64,000 nt of DNA from an uncultured Candidatus Actinomarina sp. (GCA_902582695.1 CACHTH010000002.1:26483-90482), one strand, 5' to 3'. Shown: positions 1 to 10,818, numbered from the stretch's first letter. Numbers and translations are program-made. The notes: generated by a model from the letters alone, not told the origin.

Positions 1-655
1 GCCCAGTGTATTGTCTTGAGTGTTTCCAAGAGTTAATAACAACATTTAAAGAATTCAAGATGCTAATTTTTATATTTTCTTTAGATGTAATTTTCTCTTC
101 AATAAATAAAAAGGCGGGTAGTGAAAATATTAAAAACAAAAAAGCAACGGATTTAAATATTTCTATATAGCTGTAACCCATATTTTGTAATAAAGTAGCA
201 ACCCCAAAACCTATTAACGAACCTGTGTATCCAAAGGCTACTCCTAAACCAGATATTTTCCCCCTGTTTTCCTCATTACTAACAGAAACAAGCAATGCGT
301 CATAGACTACTGAACCTAAATTAAACCCAATTAATGAAAAAACGAATAATAGCACTGATACTTCAACTGAAAATGTGCCAAGTAAGAAAGTTGAAATAAT
401 ACAAATAAGAGTCATAAAAAGTAATATTTTCTTTTTACCTTGTGAACTATCTGATTTTCTACCAATCCATGGTCCTAAAATAGCAACTATAACCATTGCT
501 GTTGAAGTAGCTAATCCTAATTGTTGGTCTGTCCAGCCTTTTTCACTTACTAACCATACTGAAAAGTACAAACCAGGAATAATGAATGCATAAACTGTAT
601 TTGCTAAATCGAAAAGAAGCCAAGAAAAAAGACTTTTTTTTGTAATATTATTCAT
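1..655 (-). CDS. MFS transporter, UMF1-like (3' end runs off the left edge)
   Basis: Not in the ORF track. My translation from ATG at 655 gives MNNITKKSLFSWLLFDLANTVYAFIIPGLYFSVW...GFNLGSVVYDALL...RGKISGLGVAFGYTG, with multiple TM helices. The start overlaps the aminotransferase stop. Confidence 0.85.
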   Translation of the reverse strand, partial: MNNITKKSLFSWLLFDLANTVYAFIIPGLYFSVWLVSEKGWTDQQLGLATSTAMVIVAILGPWIGRKSDSSQGKKKILLFMTLICIISTFLLGTFSVEVSVLLFVFSLIGFNLGSVVYDALLVSVSNEENRGKISGLGVAFGYTGSLIGFGVATLLQNMGYSYIEIFKSVAFLFLIFSLPAFLFIEEKITSKENIKISILNSLNVVINSWKHSRQYTG

Positions 656-1835
656 TCAAATTATCTATAGCTTCACTTAGTCGACTCAATCCATTATCAA
701 GATCTTCATCGCTTAAAGCATATGATAATCTCATAAATCCTGGAGTTCCAAAAACTTCACCAGGAACAAACGCTATAAAATAATTCTCTAAGAGCCAATC
801 ACAAAGTTCTTTAGAAGTACTCAACCCATTTTTTTTGGAACAATAGTGACTAACATCAACAAATAGATAAAAAGCACCAGTGCTGTCTACAACATTAAGA
901 TTTGGAATACTGTTAATTTTCTCTGTTGCAAAAAGCCTCCTTCTGTTAAAGGCTATTTTCATTTCGTTAGTTACCCCTAACCCATTAAGTAGTGCAGCTT
1001 CTGCAGCTAATTGAGACACATTAGAAACATTTGAGGTAGCCTGTGATTGTATTTTTTTTCCAAGCCCTATTACACTTTTGTTTCCAATTAACCAACCTAC
1101 TCTCCATCCTGTCATTGAGTATGATTTCGAAACGCCGTTTACAATAATTGTATTCTTTAATTCGGGATCATATATAGCTGGTGAGGGAGATGTTTCCCCT
1201 TCATACACTAGATGTTCATATAGTTCGTCAGACAAAATCCATAAGTCGTTTTTGAATACCCATTCATAAATTTCTTCAGCTTCTTCTTTTGTATAAACTA
1301 CTCCAGTAGGGTTTGATGGGGAACACCAAACCAACATTTTTGTATTCTTAGATTTAGTTTTTTCCAATTGTTCAACTGTAACTTTAAAATTATTGCTCTT
1401 TTCAGTTTCAATAAAAACAGGAGTTCCTCCTGCAATTTTTACTGCTTCTGGATAAGTTGTCCAATAAGGCGCGGGTATGATAACTTCATCTCCAGGATCT
1501 AATGTAGATAAAAATGCAGTTAGTATTGATTGCTTTCCACCATTAGAAACAATCACATTATCTGAATTTATTTCAAATCCTGAGTAATCTTTGGTAGTTT
1601 TTGCAATTATTTGTCTTAGTGATTCAAGACCTGCTGCAGGAGAATACTTGTGATTTTTAGGATCAGCTGCTGCTTTTATAGCTGCATCTACTACATAATC
1701 TGGGGAAGGAAAGTCTGGCTCTCCAGCGCCAAACCCAATAACTGGTTTACCTTGTGACTTTAATTCTCTAGATTTGTTTGAGATAGCCATTGTTCCAGAA
1801 GGCTTAATTTTTTGATCTAATTTTGAAATATCCAT
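648..1835 (-). CDS. aspC: PLP-dependent class I/II aminotransferase (aspartate aminotransferase)
   Basis: GEPDF, SPSNPTG, SDELYEH and PLP-lysine motif GVSKSYSMTGWRVG. Confidence 0.88.
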   Translation of the reverse strand: MDISKLDQKIKPSGTMAISNKSRELKSQGKPVIGFGAGEPDFPSPDYVVDAAIKAAADPKNHKYSPAAGLESLRQIIAKTTKDYSGFEINSDNVIVSNGGKQSILTAFLSTLDPGDEVIIPAPYWTTYPEAVKIAGGTPVFIETEKSNNFKVTVEQLEKTKSKNTKMLVWCSPSNPTGVVYTKEEAEEIYEWVFKNDLWILSDELYEHLVYEGETSPSPAIYDPELKNTIIVNGVSKSYSMTGWRVGWLIGNKSVIGLGKKIQSQATSNVSNVSQLAAEAALLNGLGVTNEMKIAFNRRRLFATEKINSIPNLNVVDSTGAFYLFVDVSHYCSKKNGLSTSKELCDWLLENYFIAFVPGEVFGTPGFMRLSYALSDEDLDNGLSRLSEAIDNLNE

Positions 1836-1903
1836 ATTTTGCTTATTGCTATTTTAATAAAGTTATCTAGTAAGTATATTTCATAATTATTAAACTGTTA
1901 AAA

Positions 1904-2743
1904 ATGGAACAAATATTATTTGGTGCTCCGGTTGCAGAGCAACTTGATGAAATCAGTAAAAATGTCTTTCAAGAACACAGCAAAGACAATAAGAAACCTC
2001 ACCTGACTGCAATTACAGTTGGAGATAATCCAGCTTCTTTGCTGTACGTTACACGTAAACAAGAAAAAGCAGTACACCTTGGAGTAGAATTCAATTGGTT
2101 AAAACTAGATACTAATACTTCTCAAGAAACTTTAGAAGATGTTATAACTAAAGAGTCAAAAGTTACTGATGGCTTGATAATTCAGCTTCCACTCCCAAGT
2201 CATCTAAATCCCGAAGAAGCAATTAACTGCATTCCAAATGAGATTGATGTAGACGGATTAACATCTTACAATCTTGGAAGTTTGTTTTCCGATACATACA
2301 AGTTAATACCAGCAACTTCACTTGCAGTATTGGAATTATTAAATTTTTACAATATTCAAACTGAAGACAAGAACATAGTTATTGCTGGAAGGTCAAAGCT
2401 TGTATCAGCGCCATTAGCTAAAATTTTGTCATCAAAAAGTTACAATGCAAATGTTTCAATCATTCACAGTAAGACTACAAATCAAAAATTGTTTACAAAA
2501 GAAGCAGATATTTTTATCTCTGCAATAGGTTCTGCAAAAATGTACGACTGTACTTACTTCAAAAACGGAGCAACAATAATTGACATCGGAATATCTTCAG
2601 TTGATGGTAAAACATATGGAGATATCGACACAATTGAAATAGGCGAGGTAATTAGTGCAAGAGCACCATTTCCGGGTGGGGTTGGACCAATTACAGTATC
2701 TGCTTTATTTTTTAATCTTTCAAGATTAATTAAAACTAACTAG
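1904..2743 (+). CDS. folD: Bifunctional methylene-THF dehydrogenase/cyclohydrolase
   Basis: VGDNPASLLYVTRK, IIQLPLP, DVDGL, PGGVGPIT. Confidence 0.9.
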   Translation: MEQILFGAPVAEQLDEISKNVFQEHSKDNKKPHLTAITVGDNPASLLYVTRKQEKAVHLGVEFNWLKLDTNTSQETLEDVITKESKVTDGLIIQLPLPSHLNPEEAINCIPNEIDVDGLTSYNLGSLFSDTYKLIPATSLAVLELLNFYNIQTEDKNIVIAGRSKLVSAPLAKILSSKSYNANVSIIHSKTTNQKLFTKEADIFISAIGSAKMYDCTYFKNGATIIDIGISSVDGKTYGDIDTIEIGEVISARAPFPGGVGPITVSALFFNLSRLIKTN

Positions 2744-4040
2744 CAGCCCACTCCTCTTCGCTAATCCTTTTGTCCATATCTACTTTTCTAAGAAGCAATG
2801 CTCCAATTAAGAAAAAAGATGTAATGACTGGAAGCGAAAGCCTTGGGTTTCCAGTCGAGGCACTGACATATGCATAAATTAATGGGCCCCAGATAGCTGA
2901 AAATCTAGAGAGAACTGAAAAGAATCCCATAAATTCTCCCTCGGCACCCTTTGGCAACATAGCTGCATAAACACTTCTACTGACAGACTGAAGTCCACCC
3001 ATTCCCATAGCTGTAATAATTCCCATGATGATTACAGGGATTAGTTGCTTTTCTGGAACAATGTAACCAGCATTACCCACTAAGAAAAGTAAAAACATTG
3101 TGTAATATAACACATTCTTTTGGCCAATTTTAGTAGCAAGATTTCCAGCTAGTTTTGCACCAAAATAGGCAACAAACTGAACAACTAAGAATACGATAAG
3201 TACTTGGGTCTGGTCTAAGAGCAAAACCTCTGTAAAGAATGCTGCTGACATATTAATTAATGTTTGTAAGCCATCCCAGAAAAATATGTAGGCAACCAAA
3301 AAATAAAGTAAAAAAGGAAATTTTCTAATTTTTTTCAAAGTCTTAAAATTCCTACTATATGCTTCTGATATAGAACCTTTTCCAGAACCTGATCTTGTCT
3401 CGACTATGTTCATTCTTGAAAAACTAAATACTGAAAATACAAGCCACCAAAGACCAGCTAGTGAAATTGCTATCCTTGAAGCTAAAGCGGCATCTATCCC
3501 TAGTAGGTCTGGACCAAGGAGTATTATTGCGAATGATAAAATTAGCTGGGTTCCACCACCAAGATAACCAAGCGCATAACCTCTTGCAGAAACTGCATCA
3601 ATAGTATCATCAGTTGTTATATCTTTCAGAACACTGTCGTAAAAAACATTCGAACCTGTAGCGCCAAATTGAGCTAAAAAGTAAATCACTAATGTCAATA
3701 TGACATCACCTGATGTTGCAAAGTAAAATGAAGATGCAAAAACAGCACCTCCATAAGCAAATATCTTAAATAATTTCATTCTGCTACCAGACATATCAGC
3801 AATTGCACCAATTGTTGGCATTATGAGAAAAAATATGAATAATGCAGAGCCAATTGCAAAGCCCCAGACTTCTGCTCCGGTATATACATTACCTCTGAAG
3901 ACAAAGCCTTCTTCTGGTACAACAACACTTACAAAGTAAACAGGTAAAACAGCCCCAAGAGTAGTAGTTTCATATGCTGATTTGGCCCAATCATACATTG
4001 ACCAGCCAAAAATGGTTCTTTTGTTATTTTTTTCGTTCAT
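2736..4040 (-). CDS. MFS transporter, UMF1-like
   Basis: WSMYDWAKSAY, NVFYDS, SARGYALGYLGG, about 12 TM segments. Start moved to ATG 4040, which follows a G-rich SD-like sequence. Confidence 0.85.
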   Translation of the reverse strand: MNEKNNKRTIFGWSMYDWAKSAYETTTLGAVLPVYFVSVVVPEEGFVFRGNVYTGAEVWGFAIGSALFIFFLIMPTIGAIADMSGSRMKLFKIFAYGGAVFASSFYFATSGDVILTLVIYFLAQFGATGSNVFYDSVLKDITTDDTIDAVSARGYALGYLGGGTQLILSFAIILLGPDLLGIDAALASRIAISLAGLWWLVFSVFSFSRMNIVETRSGSGKGSISEAYSRNFKTLKKIRKFPFLLYFLVAYIFFWDGLQTLINMSAAFFTEVLLLDQTQVLIVFLVVQFVAYFGAKLAGNLATKIGQKNVLYYTMFLLFLVGNAGYIVPEKQLIPVIIMGIITAMGMGGLQSVSRSVYAAMLPKGAEGEFMGFFSVLSRFSAIWGPLIYAYVSASTGNPRLSLPVITSFFLIGALLLRKVDMDKRISEEEWAAS

Positions 4041-4204
4041 ATCCCCCCTATATAAAACTTTAATCAAATAAATTGAATGATGAGGAATAGAAACTTAAAT
4101 TTAATAAATTTACACACTATATTTAATATGTCTTTAATTTATTGAAAGTATTTATTTGTATTTTGCTTTTAAACAGAGGTATTTAGAAAAAAGGATAATG
4201 ACAT

Positions 4205-5296
4205 ATGGGGTTTAAATGCGGTATAGTAGGTCTGCCGAATGTAGGAAAATCGACACTATTTAATGCTTTAACACAGGCTGGTATTGAGTCTGCAAATTAC
4301 CCTTTCTGTACAATTGAACCAAATATTGGCGTTGTACCTGTAAATGACATTCGGTTAGCTCAATTAGCCAAAATTGTAAATCCAAAAGAAATTATTCCTA
4401 CTTCAATGGAATTCGTAGACATTGCTGGTCTTGTTGAAGGAGCTTCCAAGGGTGAAGGCTTAGGTAATCAGTTTTTAACTAATATTCGAGAAACTGATGC
4501 AATCGTTCATGTTGTTCGAGCTTTTCAAAACGAAGATATCGTTCATGTCTCAGGAAACGTATCTCCAAAAGACGATATAGAGATTATTAATACAGAGTTA
4601 GTTCTTGCAGATTTAAGCACAGTTGAAAATCTGTATCAGAAAGCTGTAAAAGGCTCGAAAGCAGGTCAAAAAGAAGGTCTACCATTAAAAAATTTACTTG
4701 AAAAGATCCTACCCGTTCTTGAGGAAGGTAAGTCACTAAGAACAGTTTCGTTTAACGAAGAAGAACAAAAATTATTAAAAGGTTTTCAACTTCTAACAAT
4801 TAAACCTGTTTTGTATGTTGCGAATGTTAATGAAGATGGATTTGAAAGTAATCCATTTTTAAATCAAATATATGATTTAGCTAATGAAGAAGGTTCAGAA
4901 GTTGTTGCAATATGCGCTGAGCTTGAAGCTGAAATTTCCGGATTAACAAACGATGAAAAAATTGAATTCCTCAAAGAACTTGGTCTTGAAGAATCTGGCC
5001 TTGATAGGCTGACCAGGGCTGGATACAAATTATTAGGTTTACAGACTTATTTTACTGCTGGAGAAAAAGAGGTACGTGCTTGGACAATAAATGTTGGAGA
5101 TAGTGCACCAAAAGCGGCTGGTAAAATACACACCGATTTTGAGAGAGGATTTATCAGAGCAGAAACAGTAACCTTTGATGACTATATTCAAAATAACGGA
5201 GAAAAAGGGTCAAAAGAAGCAGGCAAGCTTAGGTCTGAAGGTAAAGAATATATTGTTAAAGATGGTGACGTCATCAACTTTTTATTCAGTGTTTAG
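4205..5296 (+). CDS. ychF: Redox-regulated ATPase YchF
   Basis: [35 protein letters not shown]-terminal TGS domain ([10 protein letters not shown]). Confidence 0.97.
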   Translation: MGFKCGIVGLPNVGKSTLFNALTQAGIESANYPFCTIEPNIGVVPVNDIRLAQLAKIVNPKEIIPTSMEFVDIAGLVEGASKGEGLGNQFLTNIRETDAIVHVVRAFQNEDIVHVSGNVSPKDDIEIINTELVLADLSTVENLYQKAVKGSKAGQKEGLPLKNLLEKILPVLEEGKSLRTVSFNEEEQKLLKGFQLLTIKPVLYVANVNEDGFESNPFLNQIYDLANEEGSEVVAICAELEAEISGLTNDEKIEFLKELGLEESGLDRLTRAGYKLLGLQTYFTAGEKEVRAWTINVGDSAPKAAGKIHTDFERGFIRAETVTFDDYIQNNGEKGSKEAGKLRSEGKEYIVKDGDVINFLFSV

Positions 5297-5387
5297 ACAT
5301 AAAAACACATATTTAATAGTTATTTATATAAAAAAGCTTTACAAAGAAGTTCTTTAACTAAAATGAAAATATAGGATAATAAAACTC

Positions 5388-6791
5388 TTGAAAGTAATAA
5401 TTGTAGGCGCACACGGTGAAGCTAAAGAGCTAATAAATAGAATTAGTTCTGGATGGTCAATATCTGTTATTGATTTAGATCAAGATAAATTAAGAAATTT
5501 TAGTACAAATAGGCAAATAGAAAAAATACAGGGAGATGCAACTTCATCTCTAGTTTTAAAAAAAGCAGGATTAGAAAGTACTACTGCCGTTATAACGCTT
5601 ACATTAAATGATGAAGTAAATTTAGAAGTATTAAAAATTGCAAAACAAAATGATATTTTTAGATTATCTTCAGTTGTCAACGAAGCTTCAAATGCTGATA
5701 GTTACAAAAATCTTGGAGCAGAAGTAGTAGAGCCCGATATTCTTCTTGCTAGAAGGTTTGAACATATATTAGAACCAAGGAGAGTTGTTTCACAAGCTTT
5801 TGCTGGTGGAAGAGCTGAAGCGATAGAAATAGAAATTAGTTCTGACAGCCCAGTGAGAGGTAAGAAGTTAAAAGAAATTGGATCTGATTATTACATTGTT
5901 GGAGCTTTACTAAGAAAAGGAAAAGTAATCATTCCACATGGTGACACTGAAATCGAAACAGGTGATCTTGTAACTATCGTTTTGCAATCAGGTGCATTTT
6001 CGAATGTAATAAATTTATTTTCAGGATCAGAATCAAGATATCCTTTAGAGTATGGAAAAAATATTCTCGTAGTTCTGGAAAATAAAGACAATTTAAAAAA
6101 TTTATCTGAATCTGAATTTTACACTAGAAATACAAAAGCAACCTCTTTAATAGTTTTAACCAAAGAAGATTTGTTTGATAATAATCTTGAGTCAACTGAT
6201 GAAACCTTTAAAGCTATTTTGAAAGATCAAGAGTTTGAAATGACTTTAAAAAATAAAATTTCTAATAAAGATATCGAAAACATGGTAAATAATGGTTCTA
6301 TTGGAACTATTTTTTACCCTCTCGAAGAAGGAATATCAAAAGCAAAAATTAAATCATTAATAAACATATCTAATAAAACTAAGACCCCTGTTCTTTTTTC
6401 AAAATCAACATACCCTTACAAAACGATTGGAATACTTGTCAATAATGATTTCGGTGAAAACACTTCAAATTCTATAGCATTTGATTTAGCTTCTTCTTTA
6501 TCTGCTTCTTTGATAGCGGTCAACATATCACAACCAAAATTTTTGCAATCTGATGACGCTGCACAGCTCACCGATTCCTTAGAAAAAATGCAGGACTTAG
6601 CTTTGTCTTATGAAGTTCAGTTAGATTTTGAAAATCATGAGGGTAATGAAGCTAAAATCTTTACTGATTTATCTTCTAAGTTTGATCTTTCAATTATTGG
6701 AAATGGGACTAACCAGTCATGGCAAAGTAGGAAAACAACAGAATTCATATCTAATAATTCAAAATCTTCTGTTTTATACATACCAAGTTAA
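5388..6791 (+). CDS. TrkA-like RCK_N/RCK_C protein with a C-terminal USP-like extension
   Basis: GDATSSLVLKKAGL (RCK_N), SPVRGKKLKE...IIPHGDTEIETGDLV (RCK_C), C-terminal USP-like pattern (YKTIGILV...FDLSIIG...SSVLYIP). TTG start. Confidence 0.75.
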   Translation: MKVIIVGAHGEAKELINRISSGWSISVIDLDQDKLRNFSTNRQIEKIQGDATSSLVLKKAGLESTTAVITLTLNDEVNLEVLKIAKQNDIFRLSSVVNEASNADSYKNLGAEVVEPDILLARRFEHILEPRRVVSQAFAGGRAEAIEIEISSDSPVRGKKLKEIGSDYYIVGALLRKGKVIIPHGDTEIETGDLVTIVLQSGAFSNVINLFSGSESRYPLEYGKNILVVLENKDNLKNLSESEFYTRNTKATSLIVLTKEDLFDNNLESTDETFKAILKDQEFEMTLKNKISNKDIENMVNNGSIGTIFYPLEEGISKAKIKSLINISNKTKTPVLFSKSTYPYKTIGILVNNDFGENTSNSIAFDLASSLSASLIAVNISQPKFLQSDDAAQLTDSLEKMQDLALSYEVQLDFENHEGNEAKIFTDLSSKFDLSIIGNGTNQSWQSRKTTEFISNNSKSSVLYIPS

Positions 6792-6794
6792 TTT

Positions 6795-7943
6795 ATGGAA
6801 GAGTTTGAAGCAGTATCCTTAGTCATTATTTCCTTAGGTGCATTTATCTTGCCACTTGTAGGTCAAAGAATTAAGGTACCTGGAATTGTACTCGAGATAG
6901 CTTATGGAATTACAGTTGGACCAGTTTTAGGATGGGTTGATTCGTCAGAATTCATTTCTGGGCTTGCAATACTTGGCTTTTTACTATTGATGTTTTTGTC
7001 AGGGTTTGAAATTGAGTTAGACACTTTCCGCGAAAAAGGTTTAAGAACTCTAGCACTACCAATGTCAATCTATCTCTTGACTGTTATAACTTCTTTTTAT
7101 TTGATTTCTACTTTGGGATACCCAATTTTTCTTGCTTTAGTTTTGTGCACAACAAGTGTTGATATAGTGATAACTATTTTAAGAAGTGATGGAACAATAA
7201 AAACAAAATATGGGCAGACTTTGTTTATGGTCGCTTTACTTGCAGATATTTTGACTTTATTAGCAGCTACTGTGTATGCATCTTTTATAAATGCTGGAGG
7301 ATTGTCTATTTCAAACCTTAATGTTGTGCTTTATTTTGTAGTAGTAATCATGTTATTAAGAATTATTAGAAGAGTTGCTTGGTGGAATCCTCAACTATTT
7401 TCTAGAATGTTTGACGGAAACGATCCGGATGAGTTGGGAATAAGAAGTTCTATAGCCCTAATGCTGGTGCTTGTTGGAGTTTCAGTATTTTTTGATATAG
7501 AGCCAATACTTGGTGCATTCTTAGCTGGAACAATTTTTGCTTTCACATTTTCGAATAGGGGAACTTTAGAAAGCAGCTTAAAAGGATTTTCTTATGGGTT
7601 TTTAATACCTATCTTTTTTATAAACATTGGATTAAATTATGACATTAGTGTTTTTTCTGAAACACAATTTTTTGTTGAAGTTGGGTATCTATTCTTGATT
7701 GCGGTTGGAGTTAAGTTCATCCCTTCTCTTCTACTTGTTTTCTCAAAGATAAAATTTAGAGATATGCTTGCAGGAGGTTTTCTACTTTCTGCGAGATTTA
7801 GCCTTATTATTGCAATGGCAGAAATAGGAGTTCATCTAGATTTAATCTCAAAAGAATTAGAGCAACAAATAATTCTTTTAGCTGTAATTACAGCAACTTT
7901 CTCGCCAATTTTATTTAGATTAGTAAGAACCCAAACAAAATAA
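6795..7943 (+). CDS. Cation:proton antiporter (CPA2/Kef-like)
   Basis: LMFLSGFEIE, TTSVDIV, ILGAFLAG, FLIPIFFINIG; highly hydrophobic. Confidence 0.85.
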   Translation: MEEFEAVSLVIISLGAFILPLVGQRIKVPGIVLEIAYGITVGPVLGWVDSSEFISGLAILGFLLLMFLSGFEIELDTFREKGLRTLALPMSIYLLTVITSFYLISTLGYPIFLALVLCTTSVDIVITILRSDGTIKTKYGQTLFMVALLADILTLLAATVYASFINAGGLSISNLNVVLYFVVVIMLLRIIRRVAWWNPQLFSRMFDGNDPDELGIRSSIALMLVLVGVSVFFDIEPILGAFLAGTIFAFTFSNRGTLESSLKGFSYGFLIPIFFINIGLNYDISVFSETQFFVEVGYLFLIAVGVKFIPSLLLVFSKIKFRDMLAGGFLLSARFSLIIAMAEIGVHLDLISKELEQQIILLAVITATFSPILFRLVRTQTK

Positions 7944-7946
7944 TTT

Positions 7947-8849
7947 ATGAAGATTAAACCCGATTTGTATTTAAAAGGTGTCTTTATGGGTATCGCTGAA
8001 ATTATACCTGGAGTATCTGGTGGAACAATAGCCTTCATAACGGGTATTTATGAAGAGTTAATAGATTCAATAAAATCTATTAATACAAATACATTGAAGT
8101 TACTCTTAACGTTCAAATTTTCATCATTTTGGAGAGAAATAAATGGAACTTTTTTAATTACATTAATTTTTGGAATGTTGACATCAATTTTGGTTTTATC
8201 AAGATTTATTGTTTATTTACTAGATGATCATCCTTTTAAAATTTGGGGATTCTTTTTTGGTTTAATAATTGCTTCTGGGTTATTAATTTTTTATCAAATA
8301 CAAAGAGTAAGAAGTACTGTTTTGCTTTCATTTTTAATAGGACTTATGATTTCATCATTTATTGCTCTCCAGGCCCCATCTAATACTCCGAACACAAATT
8401 TTTATATATTCATGTCTGGTGCAATTGCAATTTCCGCGTTTATCCTTCCAGGTATAAGTGGTTCGTTTATCCTTGTCTTTTTATCAAAATACGAGTTTAT
8501 TTTGAAAGCTTTGAATAGTTTTGATACTGCAGTTATATCTATATTTTTAGCTGGATGCATAGTTGGTTTAGTTACATTTAGCAGAGTTTTCTCGTACCTT
8601 TTTAAAAAATATAATGATTTTGTAATCAGTGTACTTATAGGATTTCTTGGTGGTTCATTATTTAAAATTTGGCCTTTTTATGAAGTTTTAGAGTACAACT
8701 CAGCTAATGAGCCTATTTATACATCTCCAATTTTACCGACAGCCAGCCAAAGTAATGACTTGGTATTCTTTTTTACATTTGGAGTAATTGGATTCCTCGG
8801 CATGTGGGTTATAGAAAAGAAATTTATAGGTTTAAATAAAGAAATTTAG
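7947..8849 (+). CDS. DUF368 membrane protein (undecaprenyl-phosphate translocase family)
   Basis: Repeated signatures IIPGVSGGTIAFITGIYEELI and ILPGISGSFILV. Confidence 0.88.
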   Translation: MKIKPDLYLKGVFMGIAEIIPGVSGGTIAFITGIYEELIDSIKSINTNTLKLLLTFKFSSFWREINGTFLITLIFGMLTSILVLSRFIVYLLDDHPFKIWGFFFGLIIASGLLIFYQIQRVRSTVLLSFLIGLMISSFIALQAPSNTPNTNFYIFMSGAIAISAFILPGISGSFILVFLSKYEFILKALNSFDTAVISIFLAGCIVGLVTFSRVFSYLFKKYNDFVISVLIGFLGGSLFKIWPFYEVLEYNSANEPIYTSPILPTASQSNDLVFFFTFGVIGFLGMWVIEKKFIGLNKEI

Positions 8850-8866
8850 ACTATTAAAATAAACAT

Positions 8867-9004
8867 ATGAGATTAGGATTACCAGAGCTTTTAATAATTT
8901 TAACGATATTGCTTCTACTGTTTGGAGCAAAAAGGCTTCCAGGCTTAGCTAAATCATTAGGAAAATCTACAAAAGAATTCAAATCTGCACTTGAAGAAGA
9001 ATAA
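8867..9004 (+). CDS. tatA: Twin-arginine translocase TatA/TatE subunit (45 aa)
   Basis: Not in the ORF track. Translation MRLGLPELLIILTILLLLFGAKRLPGLAKSLGKSTKEFKSALEEE has the FGxxRLP hinge and amphipathic helix. Confidence 0.93.
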   Translation: MRLGLPELLIILTILLLLFGAKRLPGLAKSLGKSTKEFKSALEEE

Positions 9005-9006
9005 AA

Positions 9007-9294
9007 ATGAAAAAAGTCTCCTTCCTTTTTCTTTTTTTATTTATTGCATGCGGAGCTCAAGAAACCACTGAACTCACTACTGGTGAGGAAATTTATACTG
9101 CAAGGTGTGCAGCGTGTCACCAAGCTGATTTTTCAGGTAGAGCTGGCCCAAGTTTAAAAATGGATGATGTCTTAGCTATGCCTGATTCATATTGGCTACA
9201 AACTATTTTGAATGGAAAAGGATCTATGCCTGCCGTAAGGATTACAGAAGAACAAGCACAGCTAGTTGTTGATTATGTTAAGGATAGTAATTAA
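9007..9294 (+). CDS. Small lipoprotein monoheme cytochrome c (c551-like)
   Basis: Lipobox FIAC, heme motif CAACH, distal Met in GSMP. Confidence 0.88.
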   Translation: MKKVSFLFLFLFIACGAQETTELTTGEEIYTARCAACHQADFSGRAGPSLKMDDVLAMPDSYWLQTILNGKGSMPAVRITEEQAQLVVDYVKDSN

Positions 9295-10766
9295 GCCCTA
9301 TTTGTAGATTTGTTTAGCATTTTTAAATCTTCTTTTATACTCTCAAGCATATCTAAATCCTCTAGTCTCCATTTCCAATTACCTACTTGAGTTCCTGGTG
9401 AATTAAACCTTGCTTCTTTATCAAGTTCGAGTAAATCTTGAACAGTTGTAATTGCTAATTGACATGGAGACTCCCAAACAAGTGATATAAAGTTCCAAAC
9501 ATCAGAGTCATATTGCGATTTAATATCTTTTTTATAATCATAAAAAAACTGAAGCTGAACATCTTCAACCTCATTTAACCATTGTTTCACTGTAGGACTA
9601 TCGTGCGTGCCGGTGTATGCTGCAATATTAAAATCCCAATTTTTTGGATGAATTTCATCGTGTACTTGATTGTTAGGCACTCGTTGTTGTAAAACTTTCA
9701 TACCTGGGATTGTATATTTTTTTAATATATCTGCAGTTTCTTCAAGAACTACACCTAAATCCTCAGCCAGCAATTTTTTAAAATCAACGTCTTTAGAAAC
9801 AGTACTAAAAAATGTTTCCCAAGGACCTTTTCTCCAGTGACCATTAAGAGCTGATTCACCGTAAGGTATGGCCCAAAACTGAAAAAACCCAACAAAGTGA
9901 TCAATTCTTAAATAATCATAATTTTGTAAATTGTAATTTAATTTATCAATCCAGTATTTGTATCCCTCATCTTTGTGATTATCCCATTGATACAAAGCTG
10001 TATTCCAGACTTGACCTTCAACTGTAAAATCATCTGGAACGGCACCTGATACAAAGCTCATATTATTAAAATCGTCCAAATCAAATAAATGTTTGTCTAA
10101 CCATACATCTGCAGAGTTATGGTTCGCATATATTGGTATATCTCCAAGAATTCTTACATTGTTATTATTTGCGTAGGATTTAAGTTTTTGCCACTGTTTA
10201 TTAAACTCAAATTGTAAAAATAAGTTTTTCATAAAAATATCTTTATATTCATCAAATACCATATCAAATAGCTCCTCTGAAAAATTCTGATAATCACTAG
10301 ACCACTCAATCCACGAACTTTCAAAAACCTCACTCAAGGTTATAAAGGTTATGTGTCTTTTAATTAAATCGTTTTTCAGAAATTTCTGATATTCATTGTC
10401 GTTATAATTTACTCTCTCAGCAACAAGGTTAAAAATTTTATCTTTGTTTGTGTATACAGCCTTGTAATTCACTTCATTAGTTATTGGTAGTTTTATTTCG
10501 TTTAATTCACTTTCGTTATATATATTGTTTTCTAAGTCATCTAAAGAAACAATATATGGGTTACCCAAAACAGATGACTTACTAGAGTATGGTGAAAATT
10601 CAATATTATCTGTTATTCCCAAAGGAAGAACTTGCCATATTTTGGTGTTTGATTGGTTGAGAAGATCAATAAATTCATAGCTTTCTTTACCCAAATCTCC
10701 AATACCGTATGAACTAGGTAAAGATGTTGGATGTAAAATTAATCCACTACTTTTATTTATATCCAT
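9291..10766 (-). CDS. malQ: 4-alpha-glucanotransferase (GH77)
   Basis: GLILHPTSLP, LRIDHF, AEDLG, YTGTHD. Confidence 0.95.
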   Translation of the reverse strand: MDINKSSGLILHPTSLPSSYGIGDLGKESYEFIDLLNQSNTKIWQVLPLGITDNIEFSPYSSKSSVLGNPYIVSLDDLENNIYNESELNEIKLPITNEVNYKAVYTNKDKIFNLVAERVNYNDNEYQKFLKNDLIKRHITFITLSEVFESSWIEWSSDYQNFSEELFDMVFDEYKDIFMKNLFLQFEFNKQWQKLKSYANNNNVRILGDIPIYANHNSADVWLDKHLFDLDDFNNMSFVSGAVPDDFTVEGQVWNTALYQWDNHKDEGYKYWIDKLNYNLQNYDYLRIDHFVGFFQFWAIPYGESALNGHWRKGPWETFFSTVSKDVDFKKLLAEDLGVVLEETADILKKYTIPGMKVLQQRVPNNQVHDEIHPKNWDFNIAAYTGTHDSPTVKQWLNEVEDVQLQFFYDYKKDIKSQYDSDVWNFISLVWESPCQLAITTVQDLLELDKEARFNSPGTQVGNWKWRLEDLDMLESIKEDLKMLNKSTNRA

Positions 10767-10818
10767 ATCACTTCAAATATAGAGTATATAATGTCTATTT
10801 GATAGTAAATTAATTTTT

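Noticed and set aside
375..593. 72-aa plus-strand ORF, and the many other short track ORFs lying inside longer genes
   Set aside because: They are antisense or out-of-frame shadows of well-supported genes (here the MFS gene) and carry no motifs.
4068..4204. ncRNA or riboswitch in the longer intergenic gaps (also 57879-58002)
   Set aside because: Very AT-rich with no stable stems or recognisable consensus; consistent with divergent promoters.
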